64,000 nt of DNA, from contig OX597818.1 of NCBI GenBank assembly GCA_951406725.2, positions 73,904,001 to 73,968,000 on the forward strand. The letters run 5' to 3'. Below are positions 25,851 through 40,177 of the stretch, in pieces (within the stretch, counting starts at the first letter, position 1; each line of letters opens with the position of its first letter). Made by a program: the position numbers and the translations under genes. Under the pieces are notes generated by a model. That model was not told the origin of the DNA, searched no databases, and was given only the letters and a program-made list of their open reading frames with translations. The DNA comes from Octopus vulgaris. Taxonomy: Eukaryota.

Positions 25851-25988
25851 AATGACACGTACTGGCGAGTCCTTTTAGTTATAACTGTTGTATGGGTTGG
25901 TTGAGATTTATATTTGATGGAATTTACTGAGCGATTGCAAGAGAAGCTTCCTTTTATTACCGTATTCGATTCCTTCTTCAACTTAAAC

Positions 25989-26750
25989 CAAGGGTCATCA
26001 AACTACGGACCACGGACCGGATCCGGCACACGACCTCAATTCATCCGCCCCCCGGAGCTGCACTGTACCTTCTCTCAAAGTATCTGTATTGACGAACGTT
26101 CTGGGAGAGCCGCAATTAGAACTGAGAAAAACATCGCAGATGTTCGTGCAGCTCTGAGAGGAAATCGTCGAGTCACGACCCGTGAGTTATCAGAGGATGT
26201 GCATATTAGGTACGGTTCAGTTCAGTCCATTATCACTGAAGATTTGGGTTTGAGACGTGTGTCTGCCAAGTTTGTGCCAAAACTGCTTTCAGCTGATCAA
26301 AGAGACACTCGGGTTTCAGTGTATAAGAGCTCCTTCATTGTGTCGAAAACGATGAAGACATTTTGTAAACTTTGCGTAGGCCTCTGAACAGGTATCGCCA
26401 AGCTTTTGGCAAAAGTTGATGCAGATTCTCTGCTCAACTTTCTCTGTCATGGTCCAAACGACGATCACACGCTACACACCTTCCTTCCAAGCACTACTGT
26501 GAACAACGGAAGTGAGCTAGAACGTTAAAACTTAGTGCGCGTGCACGGCAGAGCTCAAGGTCAATCTGTGGCAACTGACTTTACTCTGCGTGATTTAGCT
26601 TTGTTTCTATGGTTACAGTCCGGATACGTATTGATCAGATGACGTTTATGTATTCACTGTATTTTATTGAACAAAATGGTTATGCGCCCTGCGCTCGTCA
26701 TTCTCTTAATTATCTGGCCCGCTGTGAAAAATGTTTGGTGACCCCCCCTG
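25989..26750. mobile_element. hAT (Charlie-like) non-autonomous element containing mariner fragments
   Basis: Ends CAAGGGTCATCAAAC / GTTTGGTGACCCCCCCTG. Near-matching 8 bp TSD ACTTAAAC / AGTTAAAG. Internal mariner N-terminal piece DERSGR...NRRVTTRELSEDV...LGLRRVSAKFVPKLL at ~26085-26330. Confidence 0.8.
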
Positions 26751-27103
26751 AGTTAAAGTGAGAGTATCTGATACCTGCATATTATTCATAGTTGATCCAT
26801 ACTAATCAGGCAATTTTAACATTATAGTTGGGGTTCAAATATCTTTTACTTATTTTTATCTTTTACCGTTTACATCTTTCAGTCTCCAGGCTGCAGCCAT
26901 GCTATTGCATTGAAGTGTTTTAGTCAAACAAATAAGCCCCTGTACATTGTTTGATGCCTGGTTCTTATTCTGTCGTTTTTTTTCCGTGAACCGCTACACT
27001 ACGGGGATACAATCAAACCAACACCAGTTGGTAAGCAGTATTGAGCACAAACACATAGACACACGCACACACGCACACATGCACACACTCAGAAACATAT
27101 ATG

Positions 27104-27189
<86 letters not shown>

Positions 27190-28127
27190 CACATATATAT
27201 ATATATACATAGAGAGACAGACAGACAGACAGACAGAGTTGGTCACATGTGATCCATAAAGCATTGACAATTTGATTGAAATGATGACGCAAACACACAT
27301 ACATACATATACATACATATAACTTTTAACATATAACTTTAACTTGTTAATGAAATGAGTAAATGGAAACTGTATAGAAGCCTGCTGGAATTAAAAGGTA
27401 CAGGTTCAAAAGGCATAAAAAGTTACAGATGTAATTTAAATTAACAGTTCGACGCAAAACAGACAGTTAATTAGTCTACTACCATAAGAAAAAAGGCATC
27501 GATGAAGCTAGGTCATAGTGTCCAAAATTATCCAACGGCGAATTAGATCCTTAAACGTGCGTAAAAGCATAATAAACACATTCAAATGTGTTATCTGGTA
27601 TTGCTACAATTGTTTCGTTGTCTTTATTGTGGTGTAAGCAGGGTGCAGTCAGTTATGCAGTATTCACAACATCTACACCTTTCATCTCAACAGGCTACCA
27701 AATACAAAAGCGAGAAGTAACATGTTGAATAATAGACAGATAATCAAAAATCAAATTTCTAATCAGAATTACCAACACCTAAGATATGTGAAGTGGGTAA
27801 TGTAAATTAAATATGAGGTAAATTAATGAATAGCTAAATATATTTCTATTCCATCGATATCATTAAAATTAGCAACGTCATTCATCGAGGCCAGTAGTTG
27901 CAGAACATCCCTATATGCCAGCGGACAGCCGCCAACAAGAATCGCATTTCGCCCTACCAAAACATGTTCAAAGAACAGCTGCTGGACCTATTCATAAAAA
28001 AAATACATTTTCATATTAGACTGTTTTGAAATTATCTCATGAAGAATTAACGACCTGAAGTTACATCATGATATACTACAAGGTAGTATGTTTTATAAGT
28101 TAATACTGTGTTCGTAGTCCTATTGCA

Positions 28128-28640
28128 TCACTTGTTAAGATTATCGCTACAGATTTACTAGAGAAATTATAGCTAGCACTAATCTTTGTAAACGGCGTTT
28201 CGTATTCGAGTACGCCTAACGTAAACAACAAGATCGAAAATGAAAAATGAGTAATTTGTGTAGATGTCATTTTTTCAGGAGATTGCGCTTCTTCATCTGC
28301 ACCCATCCAGCCTATTAGCCATCTGCGAACACATTGCTTAAATAGTAACTATATATAGCGATGTAACATTATTGGATATACCAGTTTTACATATTAAACA
28401 CATTTCTGGAAGCTGGAACTTAACTATTAATGACTTGAGAGAATTCGTGCTTCTAATATATACTACATAATATACTACAAAGTATATTAAACGCTTTTAT
28501 GAGTCAATATTTTGCTCTAGAGTTTTAGCAGTGCTTTTACATCACATTTAGGTGTACTCGAATACGAAACATCGTAACAAAATCCTGAGCTGGCTATAAT
28601 TGCCATACAAAATCTGCAGAAATGACCTTAACAATAAAAT
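28128..28640. repeat. Old MITE or foldback with ~100 bp imperfect inverted arms
   Basis: GTTTCGTATTCGAGTACGCCTAA (~28197) versus TTAGGTGTACTCGAATACGAAAC (~28548), with outward continuation. Confidence 0.7.
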
Positions 28641-29189
28641 CCGGCATTACTTATACACTCGATTAATGTTAGAAAAGTACGTCAATTACAAAACTAATAA
28701 AATATTAACTTTAGACATTGGAAAATCAACTCGTTATAATTCAAGGGGAATAACTAATAAAAACCGTAGTTTAAGCGAAGTTCCCTCGGAATTTCAGAGT
28801 AGGAGGGAAAAAAGAATATGGAGGAAAACAAAAAGAAATAATAGAAAGGGAATAATAAAAATCGACAGCAGCCATCATTTCCACATTGTTCCCAAATTAC
28901 AAATATTTACTTAATGGAATGATCATTAATAATATATTTGCCACAACACGCAGATTAGTATTAAAATGAGAACTCAGTCCCTTTAGGTTCAGAGTATTTT
29001 ACGTACAATGCATTTGAGGGCTTAGAAGAAGAAACTTGAAATTTTCTAGAACTAAATATTATCTGTTTCTTCGACCCTCTATGCGGCATCAATTTTACCG
29101 GAGATTTTTCGCATTACAACAAATTTTGGTTATGTTAGATAATTATACTTTGCTACGAGCTAGAATGATTCTTCTACTCTTTGAATTCT

Positions 29190-29560
29190 TTCAGTCATTT
29201 GACTGTGGCCATGCTGGAGCACTGTCTTTTAATCGAACAAATCGACCCAATGACCTATTCTTTGTAACCTTAGTACGTATTCCATCGAACTTTTTGCCGA
29301 ACCGCTAAGTTACGTGTCCGTAAACACACCAACATCGTTTGTCAAGCAATGTGGGGGTGACAAACACAGACAAAAATTTATAGAAATACGTATATACATA
29401 CGACGGGCTTTCAGTTTCTATCTAACAAATACACTCACAAGGCTCTGGTTGCCTCGAGGTTTTAGCAGAAGACACTTGCCCAAGTTGCCACGCAGTGGGA
29501 CTGAACCAGAACTATATAGTTGGGAAGCAGGCCTCTTACCACACAGCCACTCCTGCGCCT
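29190..29560 (-). mobile_element. tRNA/CORE-type SINE
   Basis: Head GGCGCAGGAGTGGCTGTGTGGTAAG, B-box GGTTCAGTCCC and CORE-like CTTGGGCAAGTGTCTT. Confidence 0.85.
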
Positions 29561-29704
29561 ATGTGTATACACATATAAGTCTGCTTGTTTACCCTTTTAA
29601 TTGAAGTCATTTCTACTAGAGCCTCTACATATATACAGGTACCCCATGTCTGGGTACAGTTGTTTTGCGAAGGATTGCAACGAGAATGACTGGAATATTT
29701 GAAA

Positions 29705-29915
29705 TACGGCTAGGTAGTGAACTGACAGAATCGTTAGCACACCGGGCAAAATGCTTCGCGGAATTTCGTTGTCTTTCCGTTCTAAGTTCAAATCCCGCAT
29801 AGGTCGACCTGATTTTAGGGTCTATAAAATAAGTACTAGTTGATCAAGGGGATCAATGAAATTGACTAGTCCCTGTCCTAAAATTGCTCGCCCTATGTCA
29901 AAATTTTAAACAAAT
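29705..29915 (+). mobile_element. SINE of a second family (other copies ~9330-9455, 46380-46560, 47975-48205 minus)
   Basis: Shared GAATCGTTAGCAC.CCGG, GTTCAAAT.CCGC..AGGTCGAC and ATAAGTAC.AGTT blocks. Confidence 0.65.
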
Positions 29916-30289
29916 ATTTGAAATAGGTCACCGCTAAAATATCAAGCAATTACGCTTGATATATTATACCTTTTCTGTGTTCTTCAGAGCTTACTACATC
30001 CAAGGAAGCCTTCAAAAACAGGTTAAAATTGTTTTGCTACAGACCTCTTTTGCATATAAATTAAATAGGATATATAAGGATAAGCATTCTATAAAATAAA
30101 AGCAGCATACACGATTTTGATCTCTACAGAGAAAAATAAAGATAAACATTCTTCTACAGATTTTTGTATCATTGTGCAAACAACATATGTGTATACACAC
30201 CCACACCCACACACATAAGTATATACATATACATATCTATGTGTTTATGTATGTATATGTATGTATATATGTATGTATATATATGTATG

Positions 30290-30327
<38 letters not shown>

Positions 30328-31370
30328 CATACATATGTATATCTATATGCGTGTGCATAAGGGAGATTATATGCGCAAGATCCCGAGCCAGTTTTCTTTT
30401 CTACGTTTATTATTAGAGTCACGAATAATACAAATAGAAAATTTGATACTGTTCAAAACCTACTAATGATTTGTGTTGAGACACTTCTGTCGTGACCATC
30501 CCTCTCTTTACTCAGACACAGCCTATATTATGTGGTTATTACTGTTGTGTTATTTGGAAATAATTTATCCTTGTAACCGGTGCCAGCTTCAGATATTACC
30601 AAGGAAATATTTTAAACATGAATAATGTAGAGATTCAATTAATGACGCGAAGTTGTTAGAGTTTCTATCTACATTTGGTATGAGGCCAATCACAGTACAG
30701 ATAATTTACGGTATATATATACCGCTTTCTATAATTTAGCGTAACATCACAGCTAATCTAATTCACTATTTTGCATTTTTGAGCAAATTGCAAATTATCT
30801 TCATATGTGGATTACATAATTGCGTTTAAGATATTTGAAACAATAAATCTATTTTTATCCATGACAGCAATTTCATCAATACTGTCAATGAATGAGATGT
30901 TTCGTAATCAATAATTGTGTAAGTCCTCATATGATAATTGCAAACTGTACACATTACCTAGATTCTTCAGCCAACGCATAGATGCTGATGCATAAAGATA
31001 GAAAAAATCGGATTATTATAGAAGAGAATATGTTCAGATCTATTTCAGTGTCTATCGCGTGATGCAATTGTCATAAGATCTATATTTATATATGTTATGT
31101 ACAACAATCTTCCCTTAGATATTTCACTGCCACGTTTTTGCCAGAAATACAGTATCACATATCAAGACATCATCTGTCATGAACTGCCAGTCATATAATT
31201 TTTAATTAATTATATTTGCTGAGTAATGTGAATGTCTCTTTGAAATTAGTTAATCTATTCTCTCAGTCATTATCTCTTTCTCTTTCTCTCTCCCCCCACG
31301 TACTTTCTCATCATACATATATGTATGTATAAATATATATATATACATATGTATATATAATTATGTATGC

Positions 31371-31417
<47 letters not shown>

Positions 31418-31419
31418 TA

Positions 31420-31710
31420 GGTTACGGGCATTCGTCTCATGATCGTAAGGTCGTGAGTTCAATTCCCGTCGACGTGTTGCGTCCTTGAGCAAGACACTTT
31501 ATTTCACGTTGCTCCAGTCTACTCAGCTGGCAATAATGAGTAGTAACTGTATTTCAAATGGTCGGCCTTATCACACTCTGTGTCACTCTGAATCTCCCCG
31601 AGTACTACGTTAAGGGTGCACGTGTTTGTGGAGTGCTCAGCTATTTGCACGTTAATTTCACGTGCAAGCTGTTCCGTTGATCGTATCAGCTGGGACCCTC
31701 GGAGTCCTCC
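31420..31710 (+). mobile_element. tRNA-derived SINE of a third family
   Basis: B-box GAGTTCAATTCCC followed by CORE-like TCCTTGAGCAAGACACTT...CTCCAGTC.ACTCAGCTG. Related minus-strand copies at 61090-61300 and 63183-63385. Confidence 0.75.
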
Positions 31711-32184
31711 TATAGATAAATATATATATATATATGTGCGGTGTGGTGGAGGTCGAGCGGCTCTCAACGGACCAACCATGATAATTTAAATTCAAATCCA
31801 ATAGTGTATTTATGTCATAAGGAAAATTACTAACTGGAACCCGGACATACATATGTGCCACTTTGGATCCTAATGTAAGCGTTATTATTAATATTATGAA
31901 TGATAATAATGGTAGCATTAATGGTATTGACAACGATAATGATGCTAACTTTAATAACACTTTGGAAATTAGTAGGAAGTAATATAATGTACCATTGACT
32001 ATGTATATTTGCATCTAGGTACTAATATGTGTATGTTTATTATCACAATATTAAGTTGAAAAACTGAAACATTGAATGTGGAACATTTATATGTTTACTA
32101 ATTTATATTATTTATTTACATTATTATGTATATGTATATTTTTATATGTATAGGAGTGTGAGTATATGCACTCATATGTATATG

Positions 32185-32317
32185 TATATCTCCGAAGAGG
32201 CCTTATGATATTTTTGTAAATGTTTCATTTATATCTATATATTGACCTACCATAAAAGGCTAATATTGGTAAAATGAGACATACTTATCTACATGGCCGA
32301 AACAGCTGTAAGATGTA
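32185..32317 (+). ncRNA. Type I hammerhead-like motif with long stem II insertion, U4C core variant
   Basis: UAUAUCU CCGAAGA GGCC [~92 nt] GGCC GAAAC AGCU GUA^ AGAUGUA. Confidence 0.75.
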
Positions 32318-32818
32318 ATCTATACTTATATTTATATTTACTTATATTTATATTCTCTTTTTTATATATATTCTACTTATTATACAACATTACTCTTTTA
32401 CGTACACTTTTTTATGTACATTTCTTTATGTACACTGATTTGTTCTGCTTTTTTATGTTTAACCCTACAGTCTCTTATGTGGTGGTTTAATAAAGTATGT
32501 GATTGAGTATTATATGGTAATTGATATTTGATTTAGATGTATTTCTCCATTTTCTTATTTTCTTTTAGTAATTTGTGGTAAATCATCTTACCTCTGCCCA
32601 TATAATAGAGTAAATGAATTGATTGCATCGCAATCCTTAACATTTATGTATTAACTTTGTTAGGTACTTCACTAGCAGTATATTGGATATATATTATCCC
32701 ATGGAGGGTTGCATTTACAACCCCTATCTCAATTTGCATATATATATATATATACATATATATATAAACATCGCCGTGATAGATTGTTAGCCACTACACA
32801 CATTTTTCTCTCCTTGTT

Positions 32819-32854
32819 TTTTCTGTAGAAGAGCGTAGGCTCGAAACGTAAAAG
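32819..32854 (+). ncRNA. Minimal hammerhead-like motif with core A6U change, within a ~170 bp repeat (32770-32940)
   Basis: UUUU CUGUAGA A GAGC-GUAG-GCUC GAAAC GUA^ AAAG. Confidence 0.6.
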
Positions 32855-32978
32855 CTTTTTCTATTTCTGAGCGTTATACATCTGTTTGTTTTGTACACCA
32901 CCTGTCTTCGTCTCTTGTTTTTTTCCGTAAACTCTCCCTATATATAAACATACATATACACACACACACACACGCACG

Positions 32979-33067
<89 letters not shown>

Positions 33068-33084
33068 GTACTTTTCACACAGCT

Positions 33085-33403
33085 ATAAGAATCGCCATCA
33101 CTAGTGATCACTCCAAATACCATGATATTGACTGGTTATTTGATTTTTATCAATCTCAGTTCATGTCCTCAGATAGACACCTAAACAATCTGAAATATTC
33201 GTATTGGAGCTTCCGGTATGAATGCCAAGCAGTACAGCATATCGTTTCCAAATTTCTGGCAGTGTGAATTGCGTCATGGTGGTGTTTCACAGACGGTGCT
33301 CAACTGACCCATGCCACACAGTGTAGCATAGCGACAAAATCAAATCCAAACAATGTGCAGACGCAAAATTAAAAATATAAAATGATAATTTAGCTATCGC
33401 AAC

Positions 33404-33410
<7 letters not shown>
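33085..33410 (-). mobile_element. Tc1-like transposon fragment
   Basis: IMVFGVITSDGD motif. Plus-strand end ...CGCAACCTG-TA at a (TA)n boundary. Confidence 0.5.
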
Positions 33411-33461
<51 letters not shown>

Positions 33462-33542
33462 CACATATATATGTGACCTCGTGTGTACCGTTGGCGATTT
33501 TTTTCCTCTGTCTTCCCTTCTCTGGATCTTTCCTTCTCCTAT

Positions 33543-33577
33543 GTTTCCGACGAAGAGCTCCGCTCGAAACGTTAAAC
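33543..33577 (+). ncRNA. Minimal hammerhead-like motif in a ~210 bp repeat (33472-33680)
   Basis: GUUU CCGACGA A GAGC-UCC-GCUC GAAAC GUU^ AAAC. Sister copy at 40143-40177 minus. Confidence 0.7.
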
Positions 33578-34128
33578 CCTCCTTCTTTCCTTCTTTCCTG
33601 AGCATCTAATAATACTATATTTGTTCCACGTCCTCACGTTGTTGTGTTTTTTTGTGTTTTCTTGTTTGGATTAACTTTATATATATATATGTATGTATGT
33701 ATGTATATAATATCTGTGTACCAGTGTGTGCGTGTATGTCCATGTGTATATGCTTCTCAGAGAGTGCTCTGATACATTGTTATACAGACGCAAATTATTA
33801 TGGATTCAGAAATGTATTTACATGTCAGAAACGATAACAAACAAATGCGACTTTAATTAGAAATTACAATGTAAAATAATTAGGGAAATCTTTCTAGCGA
33901 AGACTTTGTAATCACTCAAAACCCGCAGTCAACATCTAGAACTTAAAATAAAAACGCACAGAGTACAATACAAACTAGAAAATCGAAAGACAGATAGATG
34001 CTCCCAAATGATACTAGCTCAGCATCGAAGACATACCGACTTTCTAATGAACTGGATTGTACTATAATGCTGAGATAAGCATACACAAGTACACACCCAC
34101 GCTTGCCCAGACACATATACTCCCTCTC

Positions 34129-34198
<70 letters not shown>

Positions 34199-34949
34199 AT
34201 AACAGGCACTTTTCTCTAATGTGAAACTTTCATATTCATCTTTTGAACTTTTCAACAATTTTTTTTTTAATATTCTTAAATCTTTTTCCAAGAATTTTTT
34301 CCATATGTACTTGATTTTTCTGGAAATTTTTTAATTTAATCCCACTTTTTCCTTTTCTCTCTTCTTCTCTCTCAACCCACCATACCCACATCTCTTATTA
34401 GTTCTTCAAAAACAGTTGTCTTTGAAAAATTGCCGCCAACCATTGAGAGTTATGGGGAGCTTTCGGAGCTCGAACATAATTTCGGAGGTAATTTCAAAGT
34501 AATCTCGGATACGAAACTGGTTGTTGCCTGTTCTGTCCCGGAAATTTAACTCAAGTTTCCAAATCATCGATATATATCTTTGTATGTGTGTGTTTGTGTG
34601 TATGTGTGAGTGAGTATGTGTATGTGAGTGTATACGTAAATGTGTGTATGTACATGTATGTTCGTGCATGTGAGTATATGCTTGTAAGACTGTGTGTGTC
34701 TGTATCTGATTCTGTGTCTACGTCTTTGTGCGTCATTGATAAGTTTTAAAATGAGAATTAGATATGATTAATTCCTTTTGTATTGTGTTCTTGAGCAGAA
34801 GACTTCATTTCACCTTATTCTGCGATCAGTTCGACAACGTGTAACATAAATATATGCACTTATATACATGCACACACACACACATATATATATAGGTATG
34901 TTGAAGCAAACTAGAAAAATAGAATTCAAAATATGAGTGCATGCCCCTT

Positions 34950-35260
34950 TACTCTTTTACTTGTTTCAGTAATTTAACTGCGGCCATGCTGGAGCACGAC
35001 CTTTAGTTGAACAAATCTACCCCAGAGCTTAGTCTTTGCGAGCCTAGTACTTATTCTATCGATCTTTTTTGCGGAACCACTAAGTTACGGAGATGTAAAC
35101 ACACCAACATTGGTTTCTGTCTACCAAATCTACTCACAAGGCTTCGGTTGGACCGAGGCAATAGTAGAAGGCACTTACCCAAGGTACCAAGCATTAAAAC
35201 TGAACCCGGAACCATGTGGTTTGTAAGAAAGTAACTTACCACGCAACCACTCCTGTGCCT
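34950..35260 (-). mobile_element. tRNA/CORE-type SINE, internally deleted
   Basis: Aligns with 48865-49262. Confidence 0.8.
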
Positions 35261-36193
35261 AGGTATATTTTTATTAATATTTAGCAGAAGTAACAGAGTG
35301 ATTCAAGGTGCGAGAGTTTCGTGCATTGGTTCTCATCAAATGCCGACGCACGACTGGTGTCAATTCATTCGACAAAAAAAGAAACAAAAGTCGGTGTCCC
35401 AGTATAGCCGCAGCCTATATAGTCGGTGCCCCAGTTTATCCGAAGACTGAAACAAGTAAACGATAAAAGATAAAGATTATCCGCGCAAGATATTGAGGAA
35501 CACTCATCGCCTTTTTACAACAGGTGACTCAATCATCCTAGTTTCTTATTGACAAATACTTGGCCGTCAACTATACAGAAGCCTTGTGAATGAAACTGAG
35601 GAACTGGTTCATGTAGGGCTCGTTGGATGAAATGCATCTACAGCTCAAATCTGCAATTGATCACACTATGTCCTGCTGATTTTGTCTGATTTTTTTTAAA
35701 GGGCTCAAGTGTCTGCAGAGTCTCAGCCATCTAATCGACTGAAAATATATCTCAGTTGATGGGACAACTGACTATTTATCAACAAAACCGACGGAAATCC
35801 ATACAAGAGACATTTACATCAACCCATCCATACTTTTTTTTACTTATATGTATATTTTTCGCTATGTATATAAATATCTGTGGCAGTAGGTGGCCGTCCC
35901 TTTCTTCCTCACTTGCTCTGTATATTTACACACAGATACACACAAACACACAAACAAGCAAACACACGCATACGCATACATATATGTAAACATGTGTGCT
36001 TGTCTGTGTAGACAAATGTAAGTCCGTGCATATATTTATATGCAGACGCGCGTGTATATTTAGAAACGAGTCTGTTCACTATCATAGAGGGTGATCCATA
36101 TTCATGTACGCACATAGCTTCTAAGTTATTTCTTTGTTTGCATAGATATGTTTATATATCAACGTCTTCAGAAGTGAATGGTGAATAGTTGAA

Positions 36194-36249
<56 letters not shown>

Positions 36250-36728
36250 GATATATTGGTAGACATGTAATTGGCATAAATGTCAATTCCTTAGTATTTA
36301 CCTGATATGTACAGAGCATTTATAGATAAATATATGTATGGATATATCTTTTAATATATATATATATGGGTATATATATACATGTGTGTGTGTATATACA
36401 TACATACATATATGCATACACATATACATATATAATATTCATATGTATACATATATATATATATATATGTACATCCTCCATACATGTACGTGTTAATGAA
36501 TATATATAAATATATATATATATATACATATATGCGTCTTTGAGTGTGTGTGCGTGTGAGTACGTGAGTGTGTATATATGTGCCTGTATGTATGTATGTA
36601 TGTATGTGTGTATGTATATATAAATAATCTTAAGTTTAATGAAAGCATGATGCTGCTCCCGAACTGAACTCTGGACGATTGATGTTCGCTTCTGATAATA
36701 AGACAAAGAACTCTCTCGCTCTTTCTCT

Positions 36729-36805
<77 letters not shown>

Positions 36806-37820
36806 CTCTCTCATTCTCTCTGACTAGTTGACTCTAACTAGAAACAAACCAAACCACATGAGTTTGCCGGAATCAAATAAGAAAATATATCAAAAAAGAA
36901 TTGCAAATCCAACTATCGCAAGTGTTTTTTTTTATTACAGCGCTTTTTTTTTCTTTTTCTTATTCTTTACATGGAGAAAAGAAGCAGTAATGCTAATCCA
37001 CCGTGTAAAGGGATTAAGAAATTTATCATGCGATATTCCTATGAAGGATTACCAGAATGTTATGCTTCGCTTCTATTTACCAATAACAATATATATTAAA
37101 TAAAAAAAAAGATAATAATGTTTAAAAAATATCAAAGCCAGTGGGAGAAATAAGTAAAAAGATATTTCTGTGGTAGAGAAGAAAAATTATACATAAAGAA
37201 AGACAGCGGCGTATGTATATCTACGTGATCCAACATAGAATGAATTTGGTGTTTACTGTGTTTTTATTTTCTAATTCTGTGTATAGATGGGGATTAAATA
37301 AACACTACTTATTTGTATATAGACTGATCTGTGATCTTTCCCTAAGCATGATACATATTATTTAAAAACAACGAACGTCGGCAAAGTAGTTGTAGGTGGG
37401 TCGATCGATCTAATACTTATACAAATGCAAGATTATAGTCATACACACAGCGTATGTGTGTGTGTGTGTGCGTGTGTGTGTGTTTTATGGGAAAGAGAGA
37501 AAATAAAATATATAATAAACAGGGAAGGAAAGAAACTAGATATGTAAACGAAAGATCGCAGGTAAATATAGAGCGAATATACTCGAGTGAATACAAAGAC
37601 AATATCGGCAACAGGCCATAAGAAGTGAAAATAAAAGTAAAGATTGTTACCGAGCAAAGTACTGAAACGCTTCTAAATATGTCCGTGTATATGTGTGTGC
37701 GAATGCGTCTTTGTGTGTCTGTGTAGCACATACATACATATAATAATATATATATGTATATATATATATAGATATACATATTTAGAAATACATATGCGTG
37801 TATGTGTGTGTATACACACA

Positions 37821-37858
<38 letters not shown>

Positions 37859-38610
37859 TTATATATTGAGAGAGAGAGAGAGAAAGAGAGAGAGAGATCT
37901 TGTCTTGGGTCCTCAAGTCTTCAATGGAGTTGTAGAGATACCGTCATATCAAAAAAGTGAAAAATGTGACCCATAATTTTAGAACTGAATTTCCCATACA
38001 CCCAGGCCTGGCCGCAGCTGATTTCTACCAGAAGTAAAGACAAAAAAGAGACAGACACAAACAGCGGAGAGAGAAGCACTTGTAATGCCGGAGTGGTTTT
38101 CAGTTAATCACGAAGGATTAAAGCAGAATTTTTCTCCTCATTACCAGGAGACGGAACGATTACCGCAAAATATTTTATCCGTCAGTCTAACGACTCTGAC
38201 AATTAGACGCTATTGTTTATACAGACGCAGATAAACTGGCAAGCACGTACAAAACACCCACTCAATATGCATGTTCCCAATACAGCATGTTGCATGATTG
38301 GGTTGTCAGCAACTACACTGGCAATCCCACCTAGTTTGCTAGATGAGAAGGGCGAGTTTTGGACACCCAGCCCGTCAATGGGCGGAAGAATTCAGGGGAG
38401 TGAATGGTCATCCAAGATAGTCAAGAGTAAATGGTGCTCACCAGTCGTATTGAAGACAATCTACATAGGAGAAAGCAATCTCTGAAATAAAAGAAAAAAA
38501 ACATTCGGTGAGGATTTGCAACCAGCTAATTCTATCTTGTACAGAAAAGATTATGATACGAATATGTTATTGATTCCTCTATGGCTGACTGATAAAAAAG
38601 ACATAAATAA

Positions 38611-38672
<62 letters not shown>

Positions 38673-38898
38673 TTATAATTATGAGTATACAATCTTATAG
38701 TAGAGAAATATTTAGTTTTATCTGCCATTTCTAAATTTCGGTATGTGGTGAAGCAAATTTTTGCTGAACCCTAATTATAATTATAATCATAATTATAAAA
38801 TTCTATGTATAAGCTTACCGATAATGGTTCTTTTAACATACAGAAGTACTTGGTAAAATTATTAATTACTATTTAGTTAATTTTTCCCAGTACTATTA

Positions 38899-38976
<78 letters not shown>

Positions 38977-39108
38977 CGGTGATTTATTTGCATAGCAAGT
39001 GACTTGAACTAACATCGTGTGCTGAAACAAAAACAATTGAAGTGTAGAAGATGCTTACAAGCCATTTACGAACACACAAAAAACAGTTAGATTCATTTCA
39101 ACATTTAA

Positions 39109-39935
39109 TTCTACTGGAGAGGAAAAAATCTATTATGAGATAAATTCCGAAATTGATTCAATATAGAAACAACGAACTTTTTTTTTTTTAAATTCTGTTG
39201 GCTAGCTTTCGCGATTTCAGCACAACGTATTTCTGTAGCGGGTATAATAACGTGTGGAAATTGACGATTTAAAAGTCTGTTATCAGCATATTGGCATAGA
39301 AATAATTTTCTTTTGCCCTTGTTTATAAGTTGTTTATAATTTTAACCTTTAAAGGTATTTTAAAATGCTGCCACTTTTTTGATTAAATTCTTTTCTGTAA
39401 AAACAATTCATCTTATATTAGTAGTAGATTTATTAATATTCGCTATAGGGACTGGTAACCACTATAAGCTGTGGTGGAGAAGAGTTCACACGTGTGCTGA
39501 GGCTAACCAAAGGATTTTATATTTAGATATATCTGGGGTACTTATATGTGCTCATGATTTGTACTTCGGGTTTTTTTCCATGGGTGCATGTAAGTATTTC
39601 CTTTATTTCTATTCGTATTTCCTACTGAAGAGGAAAATATCTATTATGAGATTAATTCCGAAATTGGTTCAATATAGAAATAAGGAACTTTAAAAATAAA
39701 AACTGTTGGCTAGCTTTCCTCGATTTTAGCACAACGTATTTCTGTAGCGGGTATAATAATATGTGGGAATTGATGATTTAAAAGTCTGTCATCAGCATAT
39801 TGGCATAGAAATAATTTTCTTTTGCCCTTGTTTATAAGTTGTTTATAATTTTAAACTTTAAAGGTATTTTAATATGTTGCCACTTTTTTGATTTAATTTT
39901 TTCTGTAAAAAAATTAATCCTATATTAGCAGTAGT
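39109..39935 (+). mobile_element. Direct repeat (39109-39427 / 39620-39935) with a hammerhead at the start of each copy; retrozyme- or PLE-LTR-like
   Basis: Copy 2: CUA CUGAAGA GGAA..UUCC GAAA UUG-GUU-CAA UA^ UAG (39622-39677). Copy 1 has CUGGAGA and the 5 bp stem I UUCUA/UAGAA. Confidence 0.8.
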
Positions 39936-39942
39936 AGTAGTA

Positions 39943-40047
<105 letters not shown>

Positions 40048-40142
40048 CTAATACAAACATGAATAAAGAGAAAACAACAAAGCGAGAACGTGGAACAAGT
40101 TTGGTGTTATTGGACGCTCAGGGAATGAAAGAAAGAAGGAGT

Positions 40143-40177
40143 ATTTAACGTTTCGAGCGGAGCACTTCGTCAGAAAC
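40143..40177 (-). ncRNA. Minimal hammerhead-like motif in repeat 40046-40250
   Basis: Minus strand: GUUU CUGACGA A GUGC-UCC-GCUC GAAAC GUU^ AAAU. Confidence 0.7.

Noticed and set aside
36647-36696. C/D-box-like motifs (ATGATG..CTGA..TGATG..CTGA)
   Set aside because: Only about 50 nt, imperfect box C, short guides and no terminal stem.
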